Below are positions 1 through 14,666 of a stretch of 36,959 nucleotides of DNA, piece after piece. Numbering within the stretch: position 1 is the stretch's first letter; each line of letters starts with the position of its first letter. Both the position numbers and the translations under genes were made by a program. Below the pieces are notes generated by a model that worked only from the letters and a program-made list of their open reading frames with translations, did not search any database and was not told the origin of the DNA. The stretch comes from Kofleriaceae bacterium (GTDB lineage Bacteria; Myxococcota_A; Polyangia; Haliangiales; Haliangiaceae): assembly GCA_046597055.1 (NCBI GenBank), contig JBKJLC010000227.1, forward strand, positions 1 to 36,959, read 5' to 3'.

Positions 1-58
1 CGCGGGCCGGAGCCCGCGCCCGATCTGTACGGAGCAGAGCCGCCTCGCTTCGCTCGGC

Positions 59-766
59 TCAGGCCAGCGCGGCGATCAGCGGCAGGCCCCAGGCGATCCC
101 GACGATGATCGAGAGCACGCCGGTGACGAACGCGAGGCGGCGGAGCTGGGTCGCGGGCAGCGACAGCCGCGCCAGCGATGCGCCGGCCACCGCGGACGCC
201 AGCGCCATGCCTGCGATCGAGCCGGCGCCGAACATCACGATGTAGGCGACCCGGGCCGCGTCGCTCGCGAGCCGGGCGAACACGAGGGCGGTCAGGGCGC
301 CGCTACCGGCCAGCCCGTGGACCAGCCCGATCGCCAGCGGGCGCCAGGCCAGGGTCGAGCGCCCGACATGCAGGTGACCGCCGGGAGCGGCGGGATGGGA
401 GTGGTGGATCCGGGAGTGGGTGTGGGCGGCGGCGGGCCCGAGGTGGCCCTCGCGCCAGGCGCGGACGACCGCGCGTCCGCCGAGCCCGATCAACATGACC
501 GCGACCGCGAGCTCGAAGCCGGCCTCGAGGCCGGGCGGCACCAGCGCGCCCGCGACCAGCAGCGCGGCGCCCACCGCGACCAGCGCCAGCGTGTGGCCGA
601 CGCCCCAGATCGCGCCGAGGAGCGCGCCGCGCCGGGCGCCGCGCGACTCGGTCATCAGGGTCGAGACCGCGGCCAGGTGATCCGGCTCGAAGGCATGGCG
701 CACGCCGACCAGGACGCCGAACAGCAGGCCGGACACGGACACGAACATCGCTCGAGAAACTACCAT
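59..766 (-). CDS. NiCoT/UreH-like high-affinity nickel/cobalt transporter (urease accessory UreH-type membrane protein)
   Basis: Motifs RHAFEPDHLAAV, WGVGHT and GLVHGLAGSG; His-rich loop (HTHSRIHHSH); about 6 hydrophobic segments. Confidence 0.85.
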   Translation of the reverse strand: MVVSRAMFVSVSGLLFGVLVGVRHAFEPDHLAAVSTLMTESRGARRGALLGAIWGVGHTLALVAVGAALLVAGALVPPGLEAGFELAVAVMLIGLGGRAVVRAWREGHLGPAAAHTHSRIHHSHPAAPGGHLHVGRSTLAWRPLAIGLVHGLAGSGALTALVFARLASDAARVAYIVMFGAGSIAGMALASAVAGASLARLSLPATQLRRLAFVTGVLSIIVGIAWGLPLIAALA

Positions 767-891
767 GGCGGATCGTGGGCCGGATCGACGGTCTGGCGCG
801 ACCCCGCATCACCCGCGCATCCGCGCGGCGATCCGGCCGCGCCGATCGGACGCTTGTCGGGCTGGCCGCAATCGTGGTTACCTCGGCCAAA

Positions 892-3287
<2,396 letters not shown>

Positions 3288-3425
3288 GCCCGGGCGCGCG
3301 GGGCCGGTGACCGGCGAGCGATTCTGTCGGCGCGTCAGGCCCTGCGGCCGGGCTGGATTTCGCGGGCGCCCCACCGAAATTACGTAGGTCAACCCACCGG
3401 GCCGATCGAGTAAGATGCCGGCCCT

Positions 3426-4712
3426 ATGCGGCCGACTCGCCTGTTCCTTTCCGCGCTCCTGATGCTCCCGCTCGCCGCGTGTGGCGGCAAAGACGACGTC
3501 GTCAACGGAGACGGCGCCGGCACTGGCACCGGCACCGGCAGCGGCACGGGCAGCACGACCGACGCGGCACCGGCACCGTTCTGCACGGCAACGCCCGGCA
3601 CCAGCCTCAAGCTCGTGCAGATCGTCACCGGCCTGCGCAAGCCGGTCGGGCTGGCGGCCCCGAGCGGCGACGGCCGCCTGTTCATCCTCGAGCAGGAGGG
3701 CCGGGTCCGGGTGGTGCGCGACGGCAGCCTGGTCGCGACGCCGTACCTCGACATCTCGAGCAAGGTGAACTCGACCGGTGACGAGCAGGGCCTGCTCGGC
3801 ATCGCCTTCCATCCCGGGTTCGCTCAGAACGGCCGCTTCTTCCTGTTCTACACGTCGGTGTCCGGCGGCGACATCGTGGTCTCGGAGTTCACCGCGACCC
3901 CGTCGGCCGACACCGCCAACACCGCCGAGAAGGTCCTCTTCACCGAGCGGCACTACCGGGACAACCACAACGGCGGCACCGTCGCGTTCGGCCCCGACGG
4001 CATGCTCTACATCTCGATGGGCGACGGCGGCGACGCCAACAACCTGCAGGGTAGCGGCCAGAACCCGGCGACGAAGAAGTCGAAGATCCTCCGGGTCGAC
4101 GTCGACAGCGGCACGCCCTACGGCATCCCGCCGAGCAACCCGTGGGCGACCAGCGGGGGTGCGCCCGAGATGTGGGCGTGGGGGCTGCGCAACCCCTACC
4201 GGTTCTCGATCGATCCCGCCAACGGCGATCTCTACATCGGCGACGTCGGTCAGGGCTGGTTCGAGGAGATCAACTTCCAGCCCGGCGGCACGTCGGGGCG
4301 GAACTTCGGCTGGGCGGTGCTCGAGGGCACCACCTGCTTCACGGACGATCCGGATCGGAACGCAGGATGTGACAACACCGGCGCGCTCACCGCGCCGCTG
4401 GTCTCGATCGACCGCCGCAGCGGCGCCAACGCCGAGGAGGGCGCGATCGTCGCCGGCCCGGTCTACCGCGGCACCTGCATGCCCGGCATGGTCGGGCACT
4501 TCTTCTTCGGCGACTACAAGGCCGGCAAGGTGCGCACGCTGCGGGTGCAGAACGGCCAGCCGGTCGACCAGGTCGATCGCACGCGCGACCTCGATCCCGG
4601 CAACTCGATCCTCTACGCCGGCGGCCTCGCCAGCTTCGGCACCGACGGCTACAACGAGGTGTACGTGATGGCGCTGCTCACCGGGCGCGTGTACCGGATC
4701 GAAGCCGAGTAA
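3426..4712 (+). CDS. PQQ-dependent sugar dehydrogenase (glucose/sorbosone dehydrogenase family), lipoprotein
   Basis: Lipobox LAAC, Gly/Thr linker, EQGLLGIAFHP, NHNGGTVAFGPDG, GDGG, WAWGLRNPYR, GDVGQ..EEIN, NFGW. Confidence 0.9.
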   Translation: MRPTRLFLSALLMLPLAACGGKDDVVNGDGAGTGTGTGSGTGSTTDAAPAPFCTATPGTSLKLVQIVTGLRKPVGLAAPSGDGRLFILEQEGRVRVVRDGSLVATPYLDISSKVNSTGDEQGLLGIAFHPGFAQNGRFFLFYTSVSGGDIVVSEFTATPSADTANTAEKVLFTERHYRDNHNGGTVAFGPDGMLYISMGDGGDANNLQGSGQNPATKKSKILRVDVDSGTPYGIPPSNPWATSGGAPEMWAWGLRNPYRFSIDPANGDLYIGDVGQGWFEEINFQPGGTSGRNFGWAVLEGTTCFTDDPDRNAGCDNTGALTAPLVSIDRRSGANAEEGAIVAGPVYRGTCMPGMVGHFFFGDYKAGKVRTLRVQNGQPVDQVDRTRDLDPGNSILYAGGLASFGTDGYNEVYVMALLTGRVYRIEAE

Positions 4713-5032
4713 GTCCCGCCCACCGACGAAGCGAAACTGCTGAGCGGCGCGTGGCACGCCTGCCCGCATTGCGACCAACTCGCGAGATCGGTAGCGGTTC
4801 GTATGCGCAGCGCTGGCGTCCTGCGGCGGCTTGTTTGCGACCTTCTAGCTAGCCCTCCACGTTGAAATTCGTTAGCAATGTCCCCCTCGGGTCGCAACAA
4901 ACTCGCCGGAGCGGCGATAACGAACCACATACGGATAAACAGCATGGTCGCGTAGGTCTAATCAGCCCCAGTCCGCAATTTCGCGCTGACAATGCTGAGT
5001 CTGTGTGGACGGCATACCCGATGGAGGCCTCG

Positions 5033-6133
5033 ATGATTCGCCCGCTCATGTTCGCTACCGCCACGTCTTTGGTTGCGTGCGGTTTCCCGCCACTTCCGCC
5101 ACTCGATCATGACGCCTCGGCTCCTGGCGACGCCGTATCGTTGGACTCGGCTGCAGCGAATCTCGATGCACTATCGCTTGACGCGGGCCCACCGTGCACC
5201 CGCCGTATTGCCTTCACCGACGTGACGGCCAACGGAGCAACCGAGGTATACGTCGCGAATGTGGATGGTACTGGCATCGTAAATCTGTCACTTCACGACA
5301 GCGACGATTCGAACCCGCACTGGTCGCCAGTAAGCAACCTGATTGCTTTTGATTCGTTCCGTGCCGGGGAAAGAGACGTGTTCGCGATTGGCGCTGATGG
5401 GTCGACGCTGCGAAACATCACTCAGAACGCCGCGGATGACTATCTGCCCGAATGGTCGCCCGATGGGGCTAAGATCGCATTCCTGCGCCGCACCACAGGT
5501 TCGCCTCGACTGTGGGTGATCGACGCTACTGGGTTCAACCCACGCGAACTTGCCAACATTAGCGTCTTCTATCCGTTCCGGTGGGCTCCGTCCGGCGATC
5601 GGCTTGTGGTTGAGTCCTCCGATGGCGACCTCTACGTGGTTTCGCTTGCCGGTGGTCCCGCCACCAACATCACGACTTGGACTACCGATCGAGCTCGAGA
5701 TGCAACTTGGTCTGCTGACGGCTCGCGAATCGCGTTCACGGCTTCGTCAGACAATGGACGCTCAGAGATTTTCACGGTTGCGGCTGACGGAACGAATTCC
5801 ATGAATGTCAGTGCAGATCCCGGCGCAAACGACAATAGCCCGACTTGGCTGCCTGACGGAACGCTTGCATTCAGCAGCGACCGAGACGGAGCTTCGTTCA
5901 AGATCTATCGGACGCTATCCGCGCAGCCGATCACCAGCAATACGGCCGTCTTGATAGATGGCGACATACAACCTCTCGCATCTCCCGACGGTGCAAAGAT
6001 CGCGTTCACTCGTCGAATCGGTGTCAGATTAAAGCTCGGCATTGTTGACAGCGACGGTCGGAATCCCGTCGAGTTGTCAACGACAACCCCGACCCCGACC
6101 ACAACCAACCCGGCTTGGTCTCCTTGTCAATAG
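5033..6133 (+). CDS. TolB-like / PD40-repeat beta-propeller lipoprotein
   Basis: GGAGG at 5023-5027 before ATG 5033; lipobox LVAC; repeated P-x-WSPDG-x-x-IAF units (PHWSPVS, PEWSPDG, WAPSGD, WSADG, PTWLPDG, SPDG, PAWSP). Confidence 0.85.
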   Translation: MIRPLMFATATSLVACGFPPLPPLDHDASAPGDAVSLDSAAANLDALSLDAGPPCTRRIAFTDVTANGATEVYVANVDGTGIVNLSLHDSDDSNPHWSPVSNLIAFDSFRAGERDVFAIGADGSTLRNITQNAADDYLPEWSPDGAKIAFLRRTTGSPRLWVIDATGFNPRELANISVFYPFRWAPSGDRLVVESSDGDLYVVSLAGGPATNITTWTTDRARDATWSADGSRIAFTASSDNGRSEIFTVAADGTNSMNVSADPGANDNSPTWLPDGTLAFSSDRDGASFKIYRTLSAQPITSNTAVLIDGDIQPLASPDGAKIAFTRRIGVRLKLGIVDSDGRNPVELSTTTPTPTTTNPAWSPCQ

Positions 6134-6352
6134 ATCGCCTGCCCTTCCGGAATCACATAGTCCGGCCGCTGCACTAGCTAGATTATTGGTGCCAGGACTG
6201 GCCTCGCACCCCATATCCGGCAAGATTCGATAGGACATGGAGTTTGACACATGCGCACGGCCTCGGCAGCCTTCTACCCGCGCGGGGGCGGCCGCCCGCA
6301 CCCGGCGACCATCCAATCGTTAGGCGCGGTTTTGCGCTAACCATGTGTCTGC

Positions 6353-6652
6353 ATGGCTGAGCCCCACTCGGAGGGAGCATCCGCGGAGGCGCGGGTGCGC
6401 GCGGCGCTCGCGGGCGGGGGCCCGCCGGATGCGGTCGACGTGGCCGCGGTCCTCGACGAACTCGCCCAGGTCCGCGCCGAGAGCGCCGAGCGCTGGCAGG
6501 CGATCGGACGGCTGGCGCCGGCGGCCAAGGGCCTGCGCGGGCGCGCCCACGACGCCGAGCGCCTGCTGGCCGAGGTGGTCGCGGCGCTGGCCGGTCCGAT
6601 CGACGACGACGCGCGCGCCACGCTGCGCGCACGGCTCACCGCGCGGCCGTGA
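6353..6652 (+). CDS. Hypothetical helical protein (99 aa)
   Basis: ORF with host-like GC3 bias and protein-like composition; no recognised motif. Confidence 0.55.
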   Translation: MAEPHSEGASAEARVRAALAGGGPPDAVDVAAVLDELAQVRAESAERWQAIGRLAPAAKGLRGRAHDAERLLAEVVAALAGPIDDDARATLRARLTARP

Positions 6653-6669
6653 GGTATGCTGCGGCCCCC

Positions 6670-6909
6670 ATGGCCGACGACGACCTGCCGAAGCCCGAGC
6701 CCAAGGAGATCGACGAGAAGCTGGCGCTCCAGCTCCGTCACATGATCGAGGACAACGTCCTCAAGGGTCAGCCCTACGGCGACGAGCGGTGCGACAACTG
6801 TCTCTACTACCTCGAGCCCGAGGCGAAGATCGCCTACTGCTGGCATCCCAAGCTGCGGGTGCTGGTCGGTGCCCAGTGGTGGTGTCAGTGGTGGGAGAAG
6901 CAGGACTGA
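6670..6909 (+). CDS. HiPIP-like (high-potential iron-sulfur) small protein without a signal peptide
   Basis: C-x2-C-x12-C-x14-C with HiPIP-style aromatics: RCDNCLYY...YC...VGAQWWCQWW. Confidence 0.7.
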   Translation: MADDDLPKPEPKEIDEKLALQLRHMIEDNVLKGQPYGDERCDNCLYYLEPEAKIAYCWHPKLRVLVGAQWWCQWWEKQD

Positions 6910-6911
6910 CG

Positions 6912-7616
6912 ATGCGCGCGCACCCGCCGCTCGCGAGCGAGCAGGACGTCGACCAGGAGGTCGGCCTCGAGGAGGTGATGACCGAGCTGGCCGGCGGCCA
7001 GGGCGATCAGCTCGCCGACCAGGCCGACGACCAGGCCTCGCTGCCGCACGAGGTCATGCGCTACCAGGGCGTCGTCACCGCGATGCAGCGCATCCTCGAC
7101 GGCCAAGCGGTCGAGGTCGAGGCGCTGGCGGCGCTGTCCGACGCGGAGCGGGCGGCGCTCGAGGCGCTGGTCACGGTCGTGCGCGGGTTCACCGAGCAGG
7201 GCCGCTACGTCTACGCCGAGGACCGGCTCGAAGATCTCAACAGCGTGCTGGCGGTGCTGCAGCCGGTGCTCTCGGTCGGCACCGTGCCCGGCGTCGAGCT
7301 CCTGCGCGCGTCGTTCGACCAGGTCGTCGATCAGCTCGACGACCTGCGCCAGCAGCTCGATCAGCTCGACGGCGCCCAGGAGGAGCTCGACCGCCGGGCC
7401 GCCGAGGCGGCGCTCGCGGCCGGGGAGGGCGACCAGGACGACGACGAGGACGAGCAAGACGCGCCCGAGTGGACGACCCCACCGAGCACGCTCAGCGAAG
7501 GGCCGGCGGTCCAACGCGTCGTGGGTTCCTCGACGCTGCTCGACGAGCCGGATGCGCCCGGCGCGGTCGAGCCGGCGCCCGCCGCGGCGCCCCCGGTCGG
7601 GACCAAGCAGCGCTGA
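6912..7616 (+). CDS. Hypothetical acidic, coiled-coil protein with a low-complexity C-terminus
   Basis: ATG 2 nt after the upstream stop; strong GC3 bias; heptad stretch FDQVVDQLDDLRQQLDQLD; acidic tail. Confidence 0.7.
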   Translation: MRAHPPLASEQDVDQEVGLEEVMTELAGGQGDQLADQADDQASLPHEVMRYQGVVTAMQRILDGQAVEVEALAALSDAERAALEALVTVVRGFTEQGRYVYAEDRLEDLNSVLAVLQPVLSVGTVPGVELLRASFDQVVDQLDDLRQQLDQLDGAQEELDRRAAEAALAAGEGDQDDDEDEQDAPEWTTPPSTLSEGPAVQRVVGSSTLLDEPDAPGAVEPAPAAAPPVGTKQR

Positions 7617-7673
7617 TGCGCGGACCGATCGCGGGCCGCATCGCCTCGACCCGCGGTCGGTGACCGGGCCGCC

Positions 7674-8606
7674 GTGCACGTCATCGAGGTCAGCGGCCTG
7701 GGCAAGGACTACGGCGCGCGCGCCGCGGTCGGCTCGGTCGATCTCACCGTCGACGCTGGCGAGATCGTCGGGCTGCTTGGACCCAACGGCGCCGGCAAGA
7801 CCACCACGATCGCGATGATCGCGGGCATCGTGACCCCGGGCCGCGGCACCGCGCGGATCGGCGGCCACGACGTCCGCCGCGAGCGCGACGCCGCCCGGCG
7901 CGCGCTGGGCTACGTGCCGCAGGAGCTCGCGCTGTACGAGGACCTGTCGCCCCGCCAGAACCTCGAGTTCTTCGGGGCGCTCTACGGCCTGCGCGGCGGC
8001 GCGCTCGCCGACGGCGTGACCTGGGCGCTCGCGGTGGCCGGCCTCGCCGATCGCGGCCACGATCCGGTGCGCACCTTCTCGGGCGGCATGAAGCGGCGGC
8101 TCAACCTGGCGGTCGCGCTGATCCACCGGCCGCGCGCGGTGATCCTCGACGAGCCGACGGTCGGCGTCGATCCGCACAGCCGCCAGCACCTGTTCGCCGC
8201 GATCCGCAGCTTGCAGCGCGAGCATGGGATCGCGGTGCTCTACACCAGCCACTACATGGAGGAGGTCGCCGCGCTGTGCTCGCGGGTGACGATCATGGAT
8301 CACGGCGCGGTGGTCGCGGCGGGCCCGATCGAGGCGCTGATCGCTGGCCATGGCCACACGGTCATCGAGCTGACGCTCGACCGACCGGCCGCACCGCTGG
8401 TGGCCGTGGCCGCGCGCTTCGGCGAGGCGTTCGCCCAGGACGACGTGCTGCGGGTGACGCCACGAGCGCCCCGGCTGGGCGAGCTCATGCGCGCGCTCGA
8501 GGACACCGGCGCGGTGGTGCGCAGCGCCCAGACCCGGGCCCCCGATCTCGAGAGCGTGTTCCTCGCGCTGACCGGTCACTCGCTGCGAGATCCGGACGAA
8601 GCATGA
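7674..8606 (+). CDS. ABC transporter ATP-binding protein (ABC-2/DrrA-type exporter)
   Basis: Walker A GPNGAGKTT, Q-loop YVPQE, signature FSGGMKRR, Walker B ILDEPT, H-loop TSHYMEE. Confidence 0.95.
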   Translation: MHVIEVSGLGKDYGARAAVGSVDLTVDAGEIVGLLGPNGAGKTTTIAMIAGIVTPGRGTARIGGHDVRRERDAARRALGYVPQELALYEDLSPRQNLEFFGALYGLRGGALADGVTWALAVAGLADRGHDPVRTFSGGMKRRLNLAVALIHRPRAVILDEPTVGVDPHSRQHLFAAIRSLQREHGIAVLYTSHYMEEVAALCSRVTIMDHGAVVAAGPIEALIAGHGHTVIELTLDRPAAPLVAVAARFGEAFAQDDVLRVTPRAPRLGELMRALEDTGAVVRSAQTRAPDLESVFLALTGHSLRDPDEA

Positions 8607-9703
8607 GCGCGGCGGTCTCGGTCCTGGGCGTGCTGCTGGCGGCGATCCGCAAGGACGTGCAGCTGTTGCGGCGCGATCGCGGCGCGCTGCTGAGCCTGTT
8701 CGTGCTGCCGCTGATCTTCACTGGCGTGTTCGGCTCGGTGTTCGAGCGCAAGGATCCGCCGGCGCCCGACCTGGTGGTGTGGGCGGCCGATCGCGCCGCG
8801 CCGACCGCGGTGATGACCGCGCTGACCGCCGCCGGCTGGCTGAACCTGGTCAGCGTGCCCGATGCCGACGAGGTGCGGCGCCAGGTCGCCGCGGGCAAGT
8901 TCGACGCCGGGCTGATCCTGCCGGCCGAGCTGGGCGCGGTCGACGTCCCCGGCTTGCTCCTGTTCGACCGGGCGTTGCCGGTGCAGGGGCGGGTCGCGCT
9001 CGAGGCGTCGCTGCGGCTGGTGGTCGAGCGGGCGCTGCGGGGGCCGCCGATCGCGGGCGGCGGGCTGGTCGTCGTCGACGAGCCCGGGCTGATCCCGCCG
9101 GTGCTGGTCGGCTTCCAGCTCGCGGTCCCCGGCAACGCCGTGCTGTTCGGCTTCTTCCTCGCGCTCACGGTGGCGCTGTCGTTCACCGAGGAGCGCCAGT
9201 CGGGCGTGTGGCGGCGGCTGATGGCCGCGCCGGTGTCCCATGCGGTCGTGTTGATCGCCAAGCTGGTCCCCTACGTGCTCATCGGGCTGGTCCAGCTCGG
9301 GTTCCTGTTCGGGCTCAGCCACCTCGCGTTCGATCTGCAGGTCGACGGCAGCCTGGTCGCCCTCGCCGTGCTGTCGCTCGCGCTCGTGCTGTGCGCGACC
9401 TCGCTGGGCCTGCTGTTCGCCGCGGTCGGGCGCACCGCCAAGCAGCTCGGCAGCGTCGGATCGATCTGCCTGCTGGTGATGGGACTGGTCGGCGGCACGA
9501 TGATGCCGCGGCCGTCGATGCCGGCCGCGATGCAGTCTCTCGGCCTGGCGACGCCGCACGCGTGGGCGCTCGATGGCTACTACGCGCTGATCGTGCGCGA
9601 CGGCGCCGGGCTCGGCGACGTGGCGGGCTCGATCGCGGCGCTGCTCGGGTTCGCGGCGGTGTTCGCGACGATCGGCGTCGTCCGCTTTCGCTTCGACCGC
9701 TGA
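8603..9703 (+). CDS. ABC-2 type transporter permease
   Basis: ATGA overlap with the ATPase; N-terminal TM, extracellular domain and further TMs; EERQSG..RRLMAAP and GG...P...MP motifs. Confidence 0.9.
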   Translation: MSAAVSVLGVLLAAIRKDVQLLRRDRGALLSLFVLPLIFTGVFGSVFERKDPPAPDLVVWAADRAAPTAVMTALTAAGWLNLVSVPDADEVRRQVAAGKFDAGLILPAELGAVDVPGLLLFDRALPVQGRVALEASLRLVVERALRGPPIAGGGLVVVDEPGLIPPVLVGFQLAVPGNAVLFGFFLALTVALSFTEERQSGVWRRLMAAPVSHAVVLIAKLVPYVLIGLVQLGFLFGLSHLAFDLQVDGSLVALAVLSLALVLCATSLGLLFAAVGRTAKQLGSVGSICLLVMGLVGGTMMPRPSMPAAMQSLGLATPHAWALDGYYALIVRDGAGLGDVAGSIAALLGFAAVFATIGVVRFRFDR

Positions 9704-9728
9704 GCCGTGAAAGCCGGTGTAGGTCGCT

Positions 9729-9772
9729 AGTTAGACAATCTCACTTGCCATTGTCTAGTTATTGTCTAACTT
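9729..9772 (+). promoter_or_regulatory. Putative carotenoid-operon promoter overlapped by a CarA/CarH-type operator
   Basis: AT-rich patch; TTGTCTA at 9751 and 9762 (11-bp period; TAGACA = TnnACA on the minus strand); TAGACAA at 9732; perfect 11-bp inverted repeat 9729-9739/9761-9771; candidate -35 TTGCCA 9745-9750 and -10 TAACTT 9767-9772. Confidence 0.75.
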
Positions 9773-9897
9773 GCAGCAGTGACGTCGGCAGCGCCCGGAA
9801 CCTCTGCGAAAACGGGGCCATCGCGGTTCCGGAGCGGCCCAGGGCCGTCTCGCTGTCGTGATCTCGTCCAGGATCCCGGCCAGCCGGGTCACGTCCC

Positions 9898-11069
9898 GTG
9901 AGTGCCGGTGGCACGACCCACGACGTGGTGCTGGTGGGCGGTGGCCTGCAGAACGGGCTGATCGCGCTGGCGCTGGCGGCGCGTCATCCCGCGCTGCGGG
10001 TCGCGCTGGTCGAGCGCGGTCACGCGCTCGGTGGCAACCACACCTGGTGCTTCCACGCCGACGACGTGTCACCGGCCATGGCCGAGATCGTCGCGCCGAT
10101 GGTCGACCAGCGCTGGGACGGCTACCAGGTCCACTTTCCCGAGCGGGCGCGCACCCTGGCGTCGCCGTACGCGGCGGTGACCTCCGCCAGCCTGGCGCGC
10201 GCGGTTGGCGCAGCGTGCGCGGCCCGGCCCGGCTTCGCCATTCACCTGGGCGCCACCGCCACCGCGGTCGAGCCGTCCCGCGTCCGGCTGGCGGACGGTC
10301 GGACCCTCACCGCCCCGCTGGTGATCGACGCGCGCGGGCCCACCGGCTATCCGGCCGCGGCGCCGTGCGGCTTCCAGAAGTTCGTGGGGCTCGAGCTGCG
10401 GCTGGGGCAGCCGCACGGCTGGCAGCGCCCGGTGCTGATGGACGCGCGGGTGCCGCAGACCGATGGGTTCCGGTTCTTCTACGTGCTGCCGTTCGCGCCC
10501 GACCGGGTGCTGATCGAGGACACCTACTTCTCCGACTCGCCGTCGCTCGACCGCGACGCGATCGCCGCCGCGGTGCTGGCCTACGCGGCCGCCGCCGGGC
10601 TGGTGGTCACCCAGGTGATTCGCGAGGAGGCCGGCGTGCTGCCGCTACCGCTCGACCCGCCGCCGGGCCCCGCGCTGACCGCCGACGGCGACGGCCGGCT
10701 GCTCGCCGCCGGCTACCAGGGCGGCTGGTTCCACCCGGTCACCGGCTACTCGTTCCCGATCGCGGCCCGGCTCGCCGATCATCTGAGCGGCACCGACGAC
10801 GCCACCCGCTTCGGCCCGGCCTGGCAGGCGCTCACCGACGCCCACGACACGCAGGTGCGGTTCGCGCTGCGGCTCAACCGCATGCTGTTCCGCTGGTTCG
10901 CTCCCGACCGTCGCTACCACGTGCTCGACCGGTTCTATCGCTTGCCGGCCGAGACGATCCGTCGCTTCTACGCCCTGACCACGACCCGTGGCGACCGCGC
11001 GCGCATCCTGTTCGGCCGCCCTCCCCGGGGGCTGTCGTGGCGCGCGGTGCTGACCGGAAGGAGTGCCGC

Positions 11070-11073
<4 letters not shown>
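9898..11073 (+). CDS. crtY: Lycopene beta-cyclase (CrtY type)
   Basis: DVVLVGGGLQNGLIA, GGNHTWCF, GFQKFVG, PVLMDARVPQTDGFRFFYVLPF, IEDTYFSD, REEAGVLP, FHPVTGYS, FYRLP. Confidence 0.93.
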
Positions 11074-12093
<1,020 letters not shown>

Positions 12094-12101
<8 letters not shown>

Positions 12102-13598
12102 GATCAAGACGCCGGTGCGTGCGGCGGTGGTCGGCAGCGGGTTCGGTGGCCTCTCGGTCGCGATCCGCCTGCAGGCGGCCGGGGTCGCGACGACCATCTT
12201 CGAGACCCGCGATCAGCCCGGCGGCTGCGCGTACGTCTACCGCGACGCCGGCTTCACCTTTGACGGCGGGCCGACGGTGATCACCGCGCCCCACTGCCTC
12301 GAGGAGCTGTTCGCGGCCGCCGGTCGCACGCTGTCGGACTACGTCGAGCTGATGCCGGTGCTGCCGTTCTACCGGCTGCACTGGTCCGACGGCGACGAGT
12401 TCGACTATGTCGGCGACGGTGACGCAATGGCCGCCGAGATCGGCCGGCGCAACCCGGGTGACGCCGAAGGGTATCGCGCGTTCGTCGAGTACAGCCGGAA
12501 GGTGTTCGAGATCGGCTACGAGCAGCTGGTCGCGACGCCGTTCCTGCGCTTCTCCGACATGATCAAGGTCGCGCCCAGCCTGCTGCGGCTGCGCGCCGAC
12601 CGCTCGGTGTATCGCGCGGTCAGCCGCTTCGTCGAGGACGAGCGCACCCGCCAGGCGCTCAGCTTTCACTCGCTCCTGGTCGGCGGCAATCCGTTCGAGA
12701 CCAGCGCGATCTACACGCTCATCCACTATCTCGAGCGCAAGTGGGGCGTGTTCTTTCCGCGCGGCGGCACCGGCGCGCTGATCGGCGCGATGGTCAAGCT
12801 GTTCGAGGAGCTGGGCGGCGAGCTGCGGCTGTCGACCCCGGTCGAGCAGGTCGAGGTCGAGGACCACGCCGGCAAGTCGGTGCACCGGGTGACCTCGTCG
12901 GCCGGGCGCGCCGAGCCGTTCGACGTCGTGGTGTCGAACGCCAACGTCCACCACACCTACGACAAGCTGTTTCGCGGCCAGGCCGGCGCCGCCAAGCGGG
13001 TCCGCAAGCTCGAGAAGCTCGACTGGTCGATGTCGTTGTTCGTCCTCTACTTCGGGACCAACCGGCTGTATCGCGACCAGATCGCGCATCACACGGTGCT
13101 GTTCGGGCCGCGCTACGAGGAGCTGCTGACCGAGATCTTCCGCGGCCACACGCTGCCCGGCGACTTCAGCCTGTACCTGCACGCGCCGACCGTGACCGAC
13201 CCCAGCCTGGCGCCGCCCGGCTGCGACAGCTTCTACGTGCTGTCGCCGGTGCCCCACCTCGGCAACGCGCCGATCGACTGGGCCGCCGAAGGCGACGCCT
13301 ACGCCGACCGGATCCTGGAGGCGCTCGAGGGCGTGCTGCCCGACGTGCGCAAGCACGTGGTCACCCGCCGGTTCATCACGCCGCAGTCGTTCGAGACCGA
13401 CATGAACGCGTACCAGGGCTCGGCATTCTCGGTCGCGCCGACGCTGACGCAGTCGGCCTACTTCCGGCCCCACAACCGGGACCCCAAGATCCCCGGGCTG
13501 TACCTGGTCGGCGCCGGCACCCATCCTGGGGCGGGCGTGCCCGGGGTGGTGAACTCGGCCAAGGCGACCGCCGAGCTCATGATCCGGGATCTCGGCCT

Positions 13599-13602
<4 letters not shown>
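12094..13602 (+). CDS. crtI: Phytoene desaturase
   Basis: VVGSGFGGL, GFTFDGGPTVIT, SFHSLLVGGNPF, WGVFFPRGGTGAL, YLHAPTVTDPSLAP, LYLVGAGTHPGAGVPGV; GGAGG before the ATG. Confidence 0.95.

Positions 13603-14646
<1,044 letters not shown>

Positions 14647-14666
<20 letters not shown>

Noticed and set aside
59..766. Functional link between the Ni/Co transporter and the B12-dependent CarH
   Set aside because: They are 15 kb apart with unrelated genes between; no cobalamin riboswitch seen upstream.
3519..3554. GGCACY-type hexamer repeat
   Set aside because: Simply encodes a Gly-Thr/Ser linker after the lipobox.
4752..4772. Sigma54 promoter (TGGCAC...TTGC)
   Set aside because: GG-to-GC spacing does not fit the strict -24/-12 geometry.
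6319..6341. Integron attC site (GTTAGGC ... GCGCTAAC)
   Set aside because: Core sites are in the wrong order and too close; it is a short hairpin and there is no integrase.
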